A stretch of 64,000 bases of DNA from Anolis carolinensis (lineage: Eukaryota): the NCBI RefSeq assembly GCF_035594765.1, contig NC_085845.1, forward strand, positions 162,580,897 to 162,644,896. The letters are read 5' to 3'. This document shows positions 49,001-62,290 of this stretch, piece by piece (within the stretch, counting starts at the first letter, position 1; each line of letters opens with the position of its first letter). A model generated the notes under the pieces. The model ran no database searches, was not told the DNA's origin, and saw only the letters and a program-made list of their open reading frames with translations. The position numbers and the translations under genes are program-made.

Positions 49001-50745
49001 ACAAATTTAAGAAATAAATACATTCAATTTCAGGAACAAATGTTTAGGATTAGACTGCAGGTCCCATTGGAATTCTACCATATTGTCAAGTAGCTATGGG
49101 GCACTACTTTTATTAGGTTTAAAATATCTTAAACATTTTCTGGGTCCTGCTTTTTTCTTATTATAATTTATATTTATCTTTCATTTTACTATGACTGAAA
49201 CATGTCATAATAACTGCTCTGCAAATCAAGCCCAATCTTTTGGTAGTAGCCAAATGACTGAACTAAGGCTATCATACTTTGTAGGTATCATAAAATGACA
49301 TGACTAGCTGGAAAAGATTATAATGCTTAGTTAAGTTGAAGGAAATTAGATAAGTGGAAGCTCTCAGAAATGATTTATTGACTCAATAAAGGAAGCCATG
49401 ATCCCAAGTTTGCAGTAACTGGGGAAGGCTGTTAACAACAGAGGCCTTTAGAGGTCTCTTATTCATATGATCATAGTAAGTTGAAGCCAACTTGACAGCA
49501 CATAAAAATAGAAACAAAACACGTTTTCTCTAAAATATTTTTAAAATAGGTATCTTATATGTATCTTATAGTTACTTGAAACAAGAACTATGCTAAAGTA
49601 TGGAAATGCAAACCTTTGTTAACTAAATTATGAACTGTACATTCACTCAAAAAAATACAGAACATGTCTGTACTTTTATCTACAGCCAGAAAGATCAAAC
49701 TTCCCTTTAATCTCTAGATTAGGTCTGGAATGTAAAGAAAAGCAATGGTGTAGGAGATCTAAGGATGTGGCTATTAGAGCTGTGCAATCAATGAAAAACA
49801 TGTTTCAATATTCATTACAAAATTGGGGAGCAGGCAATTTGTTTTTGAATGTGTTTCCGAATTTATGGACCTAAAAAATTGTAACCATAATGAAGTAACT
49901 AATTTCTCGTTACTTTTTTGTTAAATAATTGAGCAAGTGGGGAAAGTTCAGGGGCTCATTTCTCCCTCATGTTTGAAGCTATTGTGATGAAACTTGCTAT
50001 AATTGTACCACACATTTTCCACTGTTAACCCATCAAATTTCAGAATGTTATGCGAATCCACTAATTATTGGGGATTTAATTTTTTTTTACAAACCATTAA
50101 AAAAAACTACAAGAGCTATCTACTTGAAAATTATATACAATGCACAAGATAACCAGGGCATCAATGCCCGGAAGTTTCAGAAAGATTCACACATCTACTG
50201 ATTTTGGGTGATTTCCCCCCCCCCCCCCAAAAAAAAGCCACAACAGGAATTCACTTGAATGTTATAGAGGATGTGGCTGAGCAATTGGCAGGTGAGGCCA
50301 TTTTGCTGCCACCAAAATAAATTATATATTATATATTTCTTTGCTGCCACCAATTTATATTAGATGTTTCTTTTGCTGCCACCATTTATGATATATACGC
50401 CACCGCTCACCAAAGCCAGCATGCAGAGAGACCCAAAAATGGAGGGAAACACTGTCTAATGGAGCAGTGGTTAATAAGCAGACAGGCCACTTCTTTATTA
50501 TATTATAACACACAAACACTTGAGGTGAAGTCAAAAACAGGAACATAATGTTTATTTGTACTTGAAGTGAAAAGTTGCGTATTGGTTTCAATAAAATAAC
50601 AGGCTGGTTACTTAAACAGAGAATGGTTTCATTAACTTGTGTTGCTTTAAAAATATGTTCCCTCACAAAGAAATATAAACAGGCGTTTTAAACCTTTGAA
50701 TCCTCTCTCTTGAGGCTCTAAACACAAGCACTCTAACCCTTAGAG

Positions 50746-51855
50746 CAGGGGTCCCCAATCTAAGGCCCAGGGGCCGGATGCAGCCCTCCAAGGTCATTGA
50801 CCTGCCCCCTGCCCTCAGTTTTAGACTTAGGCTCACCCAAAGTCTGAAATGACTTGAAGGCACACAACAACAATCCTAATTAACTCGACTATCTCTTTGG
50901 GCAGGAGCAGGCCCACGCTTCCCAATGAAATCCTGATAGGTTTACAGTATGTTGGTTAAAATTGTTTTTATTTTTAAATATTATATTGTTCTTTCATTTA
51001 CTAGTATTGTGCTATGGTAATAATATGATATATTGTGTATACATATAATATTGATAATAATATTATAATGTAATACAATATAATATTTATTTATTTATTA
51101 CAGTATTTCTACCCCACCCTTCTCACTCAATAGGGGACTCAGGGCAGCTAATAATAATTATACAATATAATTATATTGTAAAATATAATAATATTAATTA
51201 TATATTACAGTAGAGTCTCACTTATCCAACACTCGCTTATCCAACGTTCTGGATTATCCAACACATTTCTGTAGTCAATGTTTTCAATATATCATGATAT
51301 TTTGGTGCTAAATTCATAAATACAGTAATTACTACATAGCATTACTGTGTATTGAACTATTTTTTCTGCCAGATTTGTTGTATAACATGATGTTTTGGTG
51401 CTTAATTTGTAAAATCATAACCTAATTTGATGTTTAATAGGCTTCTCCTTAATCTCTCCTTATTATCCAACATATTCGCTTATCCAACATTCTGCCGGCC
51501 CGTTTACGTTGGATAAGTGAGACTCTACTGTATATATTAAATGTATAGTATAGTACCAGATAATAATATATAATGCTAATATTGTGCTATGCTAATAACA
51601 TAATATATTGTATGTACATACAACTTGTAAGCCACTCTGAGTCCTCTTCGGGGTGAGAGAGGGTGGGATATAAATGTAGTAAATAAATAAATAAATAAAT
51701 AAATAAATGTTGTTGGGGTTTTGTTTGTGTTTTTTTGCATTACAAATAAGACATGTGCAGTGTGCATAGGAATTTGTTCGTATTTTTTTTCAAATGATAA
51801 TTTGGCCCTTCAGCAATCTGAGGGACCATGAACTTAAAAAGTTTGAGGACCCCTG
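50746..51855. mobile_element. Non-autonomous hAT (CAGGGGTCC TIR), perfect 8-bp TSD CCTTAGAG
   Basis: TSD at 50738-50745 and 51856-51863; TIRs CAGGGGTCCCCAA / TTGAGGACCCCTG. Confidence 0.9.
51208..51530 (-). mobile_element. Tc1/mariner-type MITE nested in the hAT, TA TSD
   Basis: Perfect TIRs CAGTAGAGTCTCACTTATCCAAC. Confidence 0.92.
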
Positions 51856-52789
51856 CCTTAGAGGCTCACTGTAATTCTTAGCACTTTTCCCCAAAGGCTA
51901 ATTTAACTTTTCCCTCAAAGAGTTTCCTCACTAACAATTCCCAAAACCTCACTTCCTTTCTCTTCAAAACTCCACACCCTATCTCTACAAACTTCAAACC
52001 CTATCTGACTAACTTTCTGGCCGAATAGCTCATACTGCCTCTCTGGCTCCGCCCACCTCCTGTTGCTAAGCTGCTCCCTCCAATTTCATCAATTCATCAA
52101 TAAGACTGCACTTCCATACTTGAAGCTGCCTGATCACTCCTCCCCCCTGCTTTGCTCTGCCTTTCCAACCACAGAACTTCAACTTAGAACAGATTTATAC
52201 TATTGCTTCAGTCCTCTTTGCAGATTCAATAATTTTATTTTTTATTATTAGACTGACTTTAATTGGCTGCATCAGCCCTCATTGGGGCTTTCTGATGCTG
52301 AGCACTGCATTAGGGAAATGTAGTTTAGGGGAGAGTTCAAAAGGCAGGGCCTTTTGAACTCTCTGCCACAGGGGACCTCACCTTTCCAAACTACATTTCC
52401 CAGAATGCTGTGTTCTCAGTCTCACGCTCAGCCCAGCTATTCCTGCCCCAGGTGCCCTTCCTTATGGCGACGGGCAAGCAGGCTTGATCTTAATTTAAAC
52501 ACTAACAATGGCCTCTTTGACTTCTACTGAAAATTAAACTGACTCTGGGAGGCTTCCAAATGTTACAGAATCTTAATGAAAATTATTGGTGAGTGTTTTG
52601 ATACTTAAAGTTTTCTCTCCCCCCCCCCCTTTCCGGCATGTTTTTTAATAACGGTTTGTTTGCATGAATTTATCAAATTACTAATTACTTACGGGACTGA
52701 CAATAATTTTGCACAGCCCTAATGGTTATGCAATTCAATGTGGCTAAACATTTACAAAGGACTTGCATATGCAGAATTTAAACACACTT

Positions 52790-52946
52790 TGGGTGCATCT
52801 ACACTATATAATTTACATGATCTTTAGCCTTCTTTGCCAAAGATTGCTGGTACTACACCATACTACAACTCCCATGATTCCACAGCATTAACCATGGCAA
52901 TTAAAGTAATGGCAAACTTGATTAATTCTATAGTATGGATGCTCCC
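52790..52946. mobile_element. Internally deleted palindromic MITE (42979 family)
   Basis: GGGTGCATCTACACT start; AACTCCCATGATTCC right arm. Confidence 0.7.
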
Positions 52947-54808
52947 TGAATGTATTTAACAATCATAGGCATGGGTATGCCATTTTCTCAATTTCATTCA
53001 TTTATAGCTTTTAATGACTTGTTTCTAGAAAAGAATGGTATAATTTTAATGAAAACCTAGGAAATATAGCATCTCAGTGTTTTCTCTGACCTCAATATCA
53101 CATTTTTCAATTTTTAAAAAATGTTTTAATGTCTTAATACAACATTTGCTTTGCTTCAAGCAAATAATATCTTATCAGTACTTTTTACTAAGTCAAATCT
53201 TTTGTCTATCTCAGTAGTCATTACAGGATCCTAGGCATCAAAATGTGTATTATGCTACCTGTCTATGACCTCCTTCCACCCACCCGACAACCAATTAAAT
53301 GGGCAACCTCAATGGCAAAAATGAAAAAAAAATTAGGCACAAAACTGTGGTTAAATGTTAGCTGTTACTTGGCCAGTTGTCTGAGATTCTGACCAGTTTT
53401 CTGGAAAATATTTTTCAATCTATTTCTAAATGTATTAAAACAGTTGGTTTGAATTTGTGCTTTTCTGATTTTGTCCAGTAGTTGTGTCTATCTTGTCCAC
53501 CCAGAAAGAGAAATGGACCATTTAATGAGTGCAGCGGTCAGTAGTGACATTCCTTAGATCTTAAGACATCAATTGTTTTAAATCATTTCCTCTTCACTTA
53601 ATCCATTCCACATTTATTATCCTACTCAGTTTTTCATAAATTAATCTCCCTTTCCTCAAACTTCCCACTAGATGCCCATTGTATTATCCCCAGTTCTTCC
53701 CTCTCTTATCCAACAAAGAAAGGATTGCTCTCTGTTCTCACAAACCTACTAGCTCTGAATTTCCAGTTTGATCCCAAACTCCTCTGGTGCTGCCTCCTCC
53801 AGTCTGAAGGAAAGCAAAGACATGAAATTCCATATAGAGGTCAGACCCATGGAGCCACTCCTGAGTTCCCTGATGAGTCAGCCCTTTTTCAGTATTCCCC
53901 TCTCCTCTGCTATTATGGGCTGGAACAATGCTGCATCTATGGTGCAGTCATCGTAAGCAATTATGCACAAAGGTCTCTCTTAATTTAATGTTCTGTGGCC
54001 AGAACTTTTAAAAATTCAAAAACCAAACCAAACAACCATCCTAGCTAATTTTCCAAGATACATGCACATGTATGCTGATGTCTTGTGTTTTTTTTCTAAA
54101 CAGTGAACTTCAACACAGTACATCCAAAAATAAAACTGCAAATGCCTAGACTAACTATCACCATGTGTGGTTCATCTTAAAAGGGCTGTTCTTTCTATGA
54201 AGCTATATTATGATGAATTGGCTTACTAATCATACCCAGATGTCTTCAAAATTGACTATTTTCTAACAAAGGACTAAAAGACAACTCCTGATAACTGGGG
54301 AGCAGTCTATTTTACTAAGTGAAGTTGAATGTTTATAATTAGTTTATAGCATAGACCTCCTCCTGCACATATTTGAACAGAAGTAAATGTTATTGTGTTT
54401 GATGGGCCTGGATGGAAGTAAGTCTTTCAAGCATTGCATTGTGGGCCCCACTAGCTTCAGTGGAGCCAAACAGTTTTACGAATACTATGCTTTGTGGTTT
54501 GCAGCTGATATTGCTTATATGAGACAATGATCCAGTGTTAGGAAAAACACATCTCTCTTTTTTTTTTTGAAATAATTTTTATTATAGAATTTTTATTTAA
54601 CAATTGCCTCCTAAGGGAAAGGTGGGAAGGAAGATGAAGGGTTGTAGGGTAGGGATTGGGGAAGGGGGGAGGGGAGGGGTGGTGAGAGGGGGGATCAATC
54701 CTTGGGAAGGAATAGGGATTAAAGATGGGAAGGAGCCCTAATTGGGGTGGGGGAAGGGGGTGGGGTGGACTTCCGCTCTACTATCTTCTGTTAATCATCC
54801 TGCTTGAT

Positions 54809-57800
54809 TCATCTTCTTAACTCTTCTTCTACGTATTCTTCAAAGTATGTCCAATCCGTTTCTTTCATTATTCCTCCTGTGTTTTTTTTAATCAAAAAGT
54901 TAGCTTATCCATATTCTTGATGTCCATTACTTTGTCTATCCACATCTCTCTAGTAGGGGTTTCTGGGTGCTTCCAATATTTGGCAATTACCAATCTCGCT
55001 GCCGTTATTAAGTAAGTATAAATTTTATCTAAATTCTCCTTATTTTTGGCTTCTACTTTATTCTCTTTTTCAAAGATATTATATAACCCTAATAGGTAGT
55101 GATCTGGCTTGCATTCTAAATTAATTTTTAGAATTTTCCTACATTCCAAATTAATTGTTGACCAGAACTTTTTGATCTTTTTACAGCTCCACCACATGTG
55201 GATGTATGACCCAACCTGCTCTCTACATCTCCAACATTTATTATCAGTATTTTTGTACATTAAGGCAATTTTTTTAGGCGTCAGATACCACCTATGAATA
55301 GTTTTAATCCAATTTTCCTTAAGGTCGGTGGCCCGGCAGTACTTAATTTTTTTATTCCATTTCGCCTCCCATTCATTTATTAGAATTGGCCTGTTTATAT
55401 CTCTTGACCATTTTAACATCGATTCCTTTATTACTTCCTTTTCCGTGGCCCACTCCACTAATTTGTTATATAAAATAGTTATCACCTTTTTATTTCTTTG
55501 TAATATTATATCCCAAAACTCATTAGTAGAGCTAAAACCCACTTTTTTATCAACCGTGAAACTTTCTTTTAACTGGTAATAATGTAGCCATGACACGTTC
55601 TTATAGTTAATTTGGATTTCTTCTAACTTCTTGATCTCTGGTTGTCCTTTCATATTTGACCAGTTTAGCACCTCCTTATACATTGGCCAGGATGTCCATC
55701 CTAGTTCTCGTCTCTGATTCGCTTCTAGCGGCGAGAGCCAAAGCGGTGTCTTTTCATAAAGAAATCTTTTATACTTAGTCCAGGTTTTTAGTAGCGCCGA
55801 CCTAACAAAATGATTACCAAAATTTCTTTCAATTTTATGCTTATCGTGCCATAAATACCCATGCCAGCCCCTTCTTAAATTATAGCCTTCTAATGATAAG
55901 ATTTTCACTTTTTTTAGATTCGCCCAATCCCTAATCCAGTCCAATGCACAGGCTTCTTGATATAATTTAAGGTCTGGCAAGTCGAGCCCCCCTCTTTCTT
56001 TGGGGGTTAACATCGTCGAAAGTTTAATCCTAGGTTTTTTATTGTTCCATACAAACTTTCTTATATCTTTGTACCAATTATTAAACAGTTGATTATTTCT
56101 TATTATAGGAATGTTCCTAAACAGGTACAGCATCTTTGGAAGGACTGACATTTTGACTGTAGCTATTCTGCCTAAAAGAGATATCTTTAAATTTTTCCAT
56201 TCCTCCAGGTCTTTTTTTATTTCTTTCCATTTCCTCATATAATTGAGCTCCATCAAGCGGTTATTTTTTGCCGCAATCCAAATGCCTAAATATTTAATTT
56301 TGTTTGCTAGTTGGAGTCCCGTTTTCTTCTTTAATATTTCCTGGTCCTGTAGTGTCATGTTCTTTGTCAACAACACCAATTTATCTTTATTAATTTTAAA
56401 CCCTGCTAATTTGCCGAATTCTTCAATTTTATTTAGCCAAAGCCTGATATTATCCCTAGGGTTTTCTATTATGCAGATTACGTCGTCCGCAAATGCTCGG
56501 ACTTTTGTTTCCTGTCTATCTATTTTTATTCCTGCTAGCTTTTTATCTTCCCTTATTGATCGCAATAAGATTTCTAGAGCCAATATAAAAATTAGAGGCG
56601 AGAGAGGACAACCCTGTCTAGCCCCTCTAATGATTTTGAACTTTCCAGACGTTTGTCCATTCACTCTAATAAAGGCTTCTTGCTGAGTGTATATAGCATT
56701 TATACTGTTTTGGAATTGAACCCCTATGTCTAATTCTCTTAATAGCAATTTTACAAAGTCCCAATTCAGCTGATCGAAAGCTTTCTCTGCATCTAGTGCG
56801 AGAAAGCCTACTGTTTTTTGGTGGTTTTGCTCATAATATTCGATTGCGTCAATTATTATCCTTATATTATCTTTTGTGCTACGGTTTGGTAAAAAGCCCG
56901 ATTGATCGTCTGCAATCCAATTGTTTAGAAATTTTGATAGCCTTTTTGCCAGAATTTTTGTAAAGATTTTATAATCCGAGTTTAACAGCGCAATGGGTCG
57001 ATAATTCTTAACATCGCTTTGGTCTTTCCCTTCCTTGTGTATCATTATTATCTCTGCTTCTCTCCACGTCTTTGGAATAGTACTTTCTGTTAAGGCCAAA
57101 TTCATTATTTTAACTAGGTGTGAAATTACCTCCTCCTGCTCAATTTTATAAAACCCAGCTATAAACCCGTCTATTCCAGGCGCTTTATTTGCTTCTAAAT
57201 CTTTTATTGCTCCTTTCACTTCTTCGGGTGTTATTTCTTTATTTAATTCCAATCGTTGCTCATCTGTTATCTTTTGCAGTTTTTGCTTGCATAAATATTC
57301 TACTATTTCCTCCTGGCTAATCCGTTCCTTGTCATATAATTGCTCATAATAATTTTTAAATTCTTCCTTTATTTCCTCGTCCGTATACACTATTTTCCCT
57401 TGCGAGTTTATTTTTAATACTTGTTGACTATATCTTTTTTTCCTTAATATTCTAGCAAGCCACTTTCCGGGCTTATTGGCGTTTTCAAATGTATAATGTT
57501 TTGCCCACTTTATCTGATTTGCTAAATTTTCTAATTCGAGGTTTTTTTTCTGGTTCATTAGGATAACTAATTGTTGCTTTATTTTATTATTACCGGGGTT
57601 GACTTTTAGTACTTTTTCCTTTATTTCTATTTGGTTTTGTAGTTGTTTTAAATTCACATTTCTTATTCTCATTTTAACTTCTTTTGCTGAATAAAGAACC
57701 CTCTAGCCACTGCCTTATAGGCGTCCCATATAATTAGTGGGTCGGTCTCTTGAATGTTGTTAAATTTGAAATATTCTTTCGTCATTTGCTTAATTTTTAT

Positions 57801-58586
57801 AATATCCTCTTCTTTTTTAATTAGATTATCATTTAACCTCCACTTCATATTTATATTTTTCTTGTTGATTTCCATTAAAATAGCACAGTGGTCTGATAAA
57901 TCTCTAGTTAGAATTTCTACCTTATTTATTTTAGTAGCTATTAATTTAGATGTCCAAATCATATCGATTCTTGACCATGAGTTGTGGCGATTTGAGTAGA
58001 AGGTATAATCCAATTGAGTGGGATTTCTCAATCTCCACGAATCATATAGATCATATTCATTCTTTAAAGCTATAAAATTCTGTGGTAATGTATTGTTTAT
58101 TTTGGTCTTTTTATTTACTTTTTTGTCCCTATTTTTGTCCAATATTCCATTAAAGTCCCCCATGATAATAATATGATTAAAATTACTTTCGTTAATATGG
58201 TTTCTTAAGTTTTTGACAAATTTTCTTTTCGGCCCATTGGGTGCATAAATATTACAAATTAATATTATTTCTGAATTTAATTCAATTTTCACTGCTACTA
58301 TTCTACCCTCATTGTCTTTGAATTCTAAAGATGAGTTTAATTTGTTATTGATATACAGGGCCACTCCTTTTCTCTTCTTCTCCCAGTCTAAAGAGTGGTA
58401 TAACTTTCCAAGATTATCATTAATCAAATATTTGGCATGATTTTGTTTGATATGCACTTCTTGTAAGGCGATTACATCAAAATTATTCTTTTTTAAATAA
58501 TTATACACCCTTTTTCTCTTTGTGGGCGAATTCAGTCCATTGATATTGTTTGAAAAAAACTTTATTGGTTGATTAAAATCATTCAT
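54809..58586 (-). CDS. L1 ORF2 (APE endonuclease, RT, CCHC), about 1259 aa after repairing two 1-nt frameshifts
   Basis: EN motifs NINGLN, LQE, YAPN, GDFN, SRID, SDH; RT motifs YRPIALLN, DAEKAFD, QGCPLSP, FADD, YLG; zinc knuckle CWRC...HMWWSC. Frameshifts near 57672 and 54897. Confidence 0.92.
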
Positions 58587-59647
58587 TTGCCGCTTCCTCC
58601 TCTTCTACTTCCTCCACATTGTCCGTCAAGTCCTCTGTCTCTTTGTCCTTTAAAAATTGAATCAATAATTCCTCATCTTCTTTGGGAGAGTCAAATCTTC
58701 TTTTTTTTGTGTCTTTAGGGTTCTTTTCCTTTTCTGCAGACTCCAGATGTTTTTTTTTGGGATAGGTCTTTCTTTAATTTTCGATAAAACTCGTCCGCTT
58801 TCTCTTCTGAAGTAATCCAGTTTTTTTCACCATTATAGGTCACCATGATGCCCTCATATTTCTCCCACCGAAATTTTATTTGTAGTCTTTTTAATTCATC
58901 CGTAAGGAAGAAATAATTTCTGCGTCTATTTAATATAGACAGTGGGAACTCTTTCAACACAGCGATTCTTCTATCTTTATGAAAAATTGGGTTGCTTTTA
59001 TTGTTTCTCAATACTTCATCTCTATAATTTTTCCTTGCAAAGTGGACAATTACATCCCTAGCCACTTTGTTTTTTTTTGCGTAGTTCATATTTATTCTGT
59101 ATGCTCTATCTATCTGAACACTAGTTTCCTGCTCACTGCTATTCATGGACTTTGCTACTAATTTAATTATGGTGCTTCTAATGTTCTCCTTGGATTCTTC
59201 TTGGACATGCCTAAATCTCAATTGAAATTCCGTTTCGCTCAATTCCATTTTTTCCTGTAGTTTTTCTAGTTTGCTGTTCTTTGCTTCGATCCCTTCTACT
59301 CTCCTTTGTATTTTACTTCGTGTCCTTTCTTCTTTTAATTTCTCATCTTTCAATTCAAGAATGTCCTTTGTATTTTTTTGCACCTCACTTTTAATTGTGC
59401 TCATCTCCTCTCTCAACTCTTTTTTAATCTCAGTCAATTCTTCCTGAAATAATTTTTGTTGCAAGTCTTGTTTACATGCGATGGCTTGGATATCTTTTTG
59501 AAGCAGGTCTTGTTTCTCTGAGACCCGTTGGATCTCCCTCAAAAGATCTTTCAAGTTCACTTCGTCTGGTGCCGAGATAGAGTTCCTTCTTTGAACTGTT
59601 TTCAGTTCTTTCCAATCTTTATCCAGTTTTCCCTTAAAGGTTGCCAT
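58579..59647 (-). CDS. L1 ORF1 (coiled coil, RRM, CTD), about 355 aa after repairing one frameshift
   Basis: Heptad-rich N-terminal half with IDRAYRI and RDVIVHF motifs. The acidic tail continues in the shifted frame after the A9 run (58750-58758). Confidence 0.85.
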
Positions 59648-61960
59648 TTTCCTCTTACGTGTTGTTATTTATCCCTTGTTATGTTATATTTATGATTCAA
59701 TATCTAAGCATATATGTGTCACAAATTGCACTGGGTCTAGTCTGTTTCACTTTCACTGGTGCAGTTTCCAGGTCTCAATAACACCCGACTGCTTTAGTCT
59801 ATAGCCCCTAGATCCGCACTGAGTGCTTTGGTTAAATCGTCAGGCTCTATTACCAATACTTGGAATCTCCTCTTCTTTTGTTTGGGGGGCTATTTCGCTT
59901 GTTTCCCTGTAATAGAAACACAGCTTGCAATTCAATTAGTAATACAATAGATAATATCACCGTAATAGCCGTTCTCCCTTTCTTCAGGCACTGCTACTCC
60001 CAGCGCCCGAACTCCTCCAAATAATCGGATAACTCCGCCAGCCTCTAATGTCGATGATCTCAATATCCCCCAACCTGACTCCACAGGGAGCCTGTTACTC
60101 GAAGCACCCTTGTTTTACTTACTCAGCCAGTCTTCTCTGTAATTTATAGTCAATTCTAGGGTCTGCTGAAGGCTTTATTAGATTGTGGACTGATTTGGTC
60201 CTACTTGTTTCCCGTCGGGTGATCTATGTCGCCGTCCCCCTCTGCGTATTTCCTTCCTCGTTGTGTGCGTCAATTAAAGCCTTCCCTCCGTGTTCCTTCC
60301 GTTTGCTTAAGGCAGTTCTCGCTGGGGCTGCAGGCTCCCCCACAGCTCTCGCGAGTTCAAGCCTATCTACTGAGAGTTGCCGTAGACACAACACCAACTT
60401 TCCCCAAGGTCAGTGATTTTCCAATCTCTCCAGCCTCACAGATCCCGTTCAGGAGCTGGGGTTGTATTCGGGGGGGGGGGGTAGTCTCTCTTTGATGTCC
60501 TCTAGGCAAGGACTGCCTTCAAAGCACAATTAGGGAGAACATTTTCCCTCGCTGCAAATTCTTTTTAAGTATCTACCGTCAGTAAAGCCACTTCCAAACA
60601 CGCATACTCAATCTCTTTCTCCAATATCTCAGACCGGCACCTTCACAATTTAATCAATTAGAAAACACCAACATTTGAATTGTTTGGATTATTTGGATTG
60701 AGTTTCCAACTGAGTATATACAATATTTACAAAGAGAGATCTCTGCACTTTATACAGTATACTTTGCACTGGGCGCAGGAGAACTGACTTAAGTCTGCCT
60801 CATTACCTCTGGAGAACCGGACACAACACCTTTTAGTCTTCTACACACTGCCAAATATCCTCCACAGCCGATAGTGAGCTCAATATAGTTTGTTTGAACT
60901 TATGTTTCCAATTCTGGCTCCCCCATGCCTGGAATCTCGTATCACTTCACTATTTATTTCTTTCTTGAGGCGAGCGCGGCAGACAGCTTGTATAGAGGTG
61001 TCCCTCTATCGCACGAGCCGCTCCATGCTTGTCCTGGCCATCCGGACCCACTCAATCCTCCACCCTTGAGGGGCGGCTGATTTTTGGGGCCATCGGTGGT
61101 CCCTGCGGACTTTGCTAGCCCTCCCGTGTCAATCCGCGGCGAGGGCAGAGCCAAAGGCTCAGAATGGGCACGATCTCGTGTGTACCATCAGGAGCTCCGA
61201 TGGTGCATGCCTGTCGCCATTCAGCGCTCACCGCGGAAAAACACATCTCTCTTATGACAACGGTGTTCATCTATGTATTTGCATCTGATGTGAGCCATAG
61301 AAGGTTTTAATAATCAGGACAGTTTCTGATCAGATTGTGATGAGTTGGCATGGCTGACTAACTCTGGTAAATTAGATCAGCAGCATCAGCAGAGTGAAGC
61401 GAAAAACTGCGACTGGAAATTTCATGCAGGGTTTCTGCAATTCGGGTTGGTGCAGGCCAAGCTTTGACAGTAGGTCTTGCTATGAGCCTACCTTGTCAAC
61501 CATTTTTAAAAGGACCTTGCTACTTTTGCTGCACCATTACCATTCCTAATTAACTCATTACCTTTCCTAATTTGTTGAAAGCAAAGAGGCATTAATATTT
61601 GTATAAATAAATTGATGAGAGAGACGCATTTAGACAATAGCATTTTGTTTCACCTCTATATGTAGCTTTCTATGATCTATGCACTCATGCTTCCATTTTA
61701 CCTGCAGGCATCACTTCCCTCTTCTCTCAAATTACTCACTTTTTCCTTTCTCTGGGAAGGTGAATCCATGGGATTCCAGCCTAGATAAGAGATGCTAGTT
61801 TATACGCACACAGGAGTCTGATTTAAAAGACTCATTTAATGAAGTATATGCCTATCTCCTCATGAACCTCCTGAAACTAGAATTCCAAGGGTTTTTTTCT
61901 GCCTCACAAGAGCATTCAAAATCATTATTCATCTTTCTACCATATAATACACTAGGCCTA

Positions 61961-62290
61961 AGGTAAAGGTAAAGGTTTCTCCTGATGTTAAGTCCAGTCA
62001 TGTCTGACTCTGGGGGTTGGTGCTCACCTTCATTTGTAAGCCGGAGAGCCGGCGTTGTCCATAGACACCTCCAAGGTCATGTGGCCAGCATGACTGCATG
62101 GAGCGCTGTTACCTTCTCGTCAGAGCTGTACCTATAGATCTACTCACATTGGCATGTTTTCAAACTTCTAGGTTGGCAGAAGCTGGAGCTAACAGCGGCC
62201 GCTCACGCCGCTCCCGGGGTTTGAACCTGGGACCTTTCGGTCTGCAAGTTCAGCAGCTCAGTGCTTTAACACACTTCGCCACCGGGGCCC
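61961..62290 (-). mobile_element. Sauria SINE, full length
   Basis: Reverse complement of the 34157 family. Confidence 0.92.

Larger units (their letters stand above)
49775..52721. mobile_element. Old hAT-like element hosting nested insertions
   Basis: TIRs TAGAGCTGTGCAA / TTGCACAGCCCTA; 8-bp TSD GTGGCTAT/ATGGTTAT (6/8). Confidence 0.6.
54560..61234 (-). mobile_element. Full-length L1 LINE (about 6.7 kb) with 19-bp TSD GGAAAAACACATCTCTCTT
   Basis: TSD at 54541-54559 and 61235-61253; short poly(A) with AATAAA (54583-54578); 1.6-kb 5' UTR with a CpG-rich start; ORF1 and ORF2 present. Confidence 0.96.

Noticed and set aside
54892-57672. 926-aa ORF as a separate third L1 gene (ATGA overlap)
   Set aside because: EN and RT form one ORF2 in L1; a 1-nt loss in an A run is the simpler explanation.
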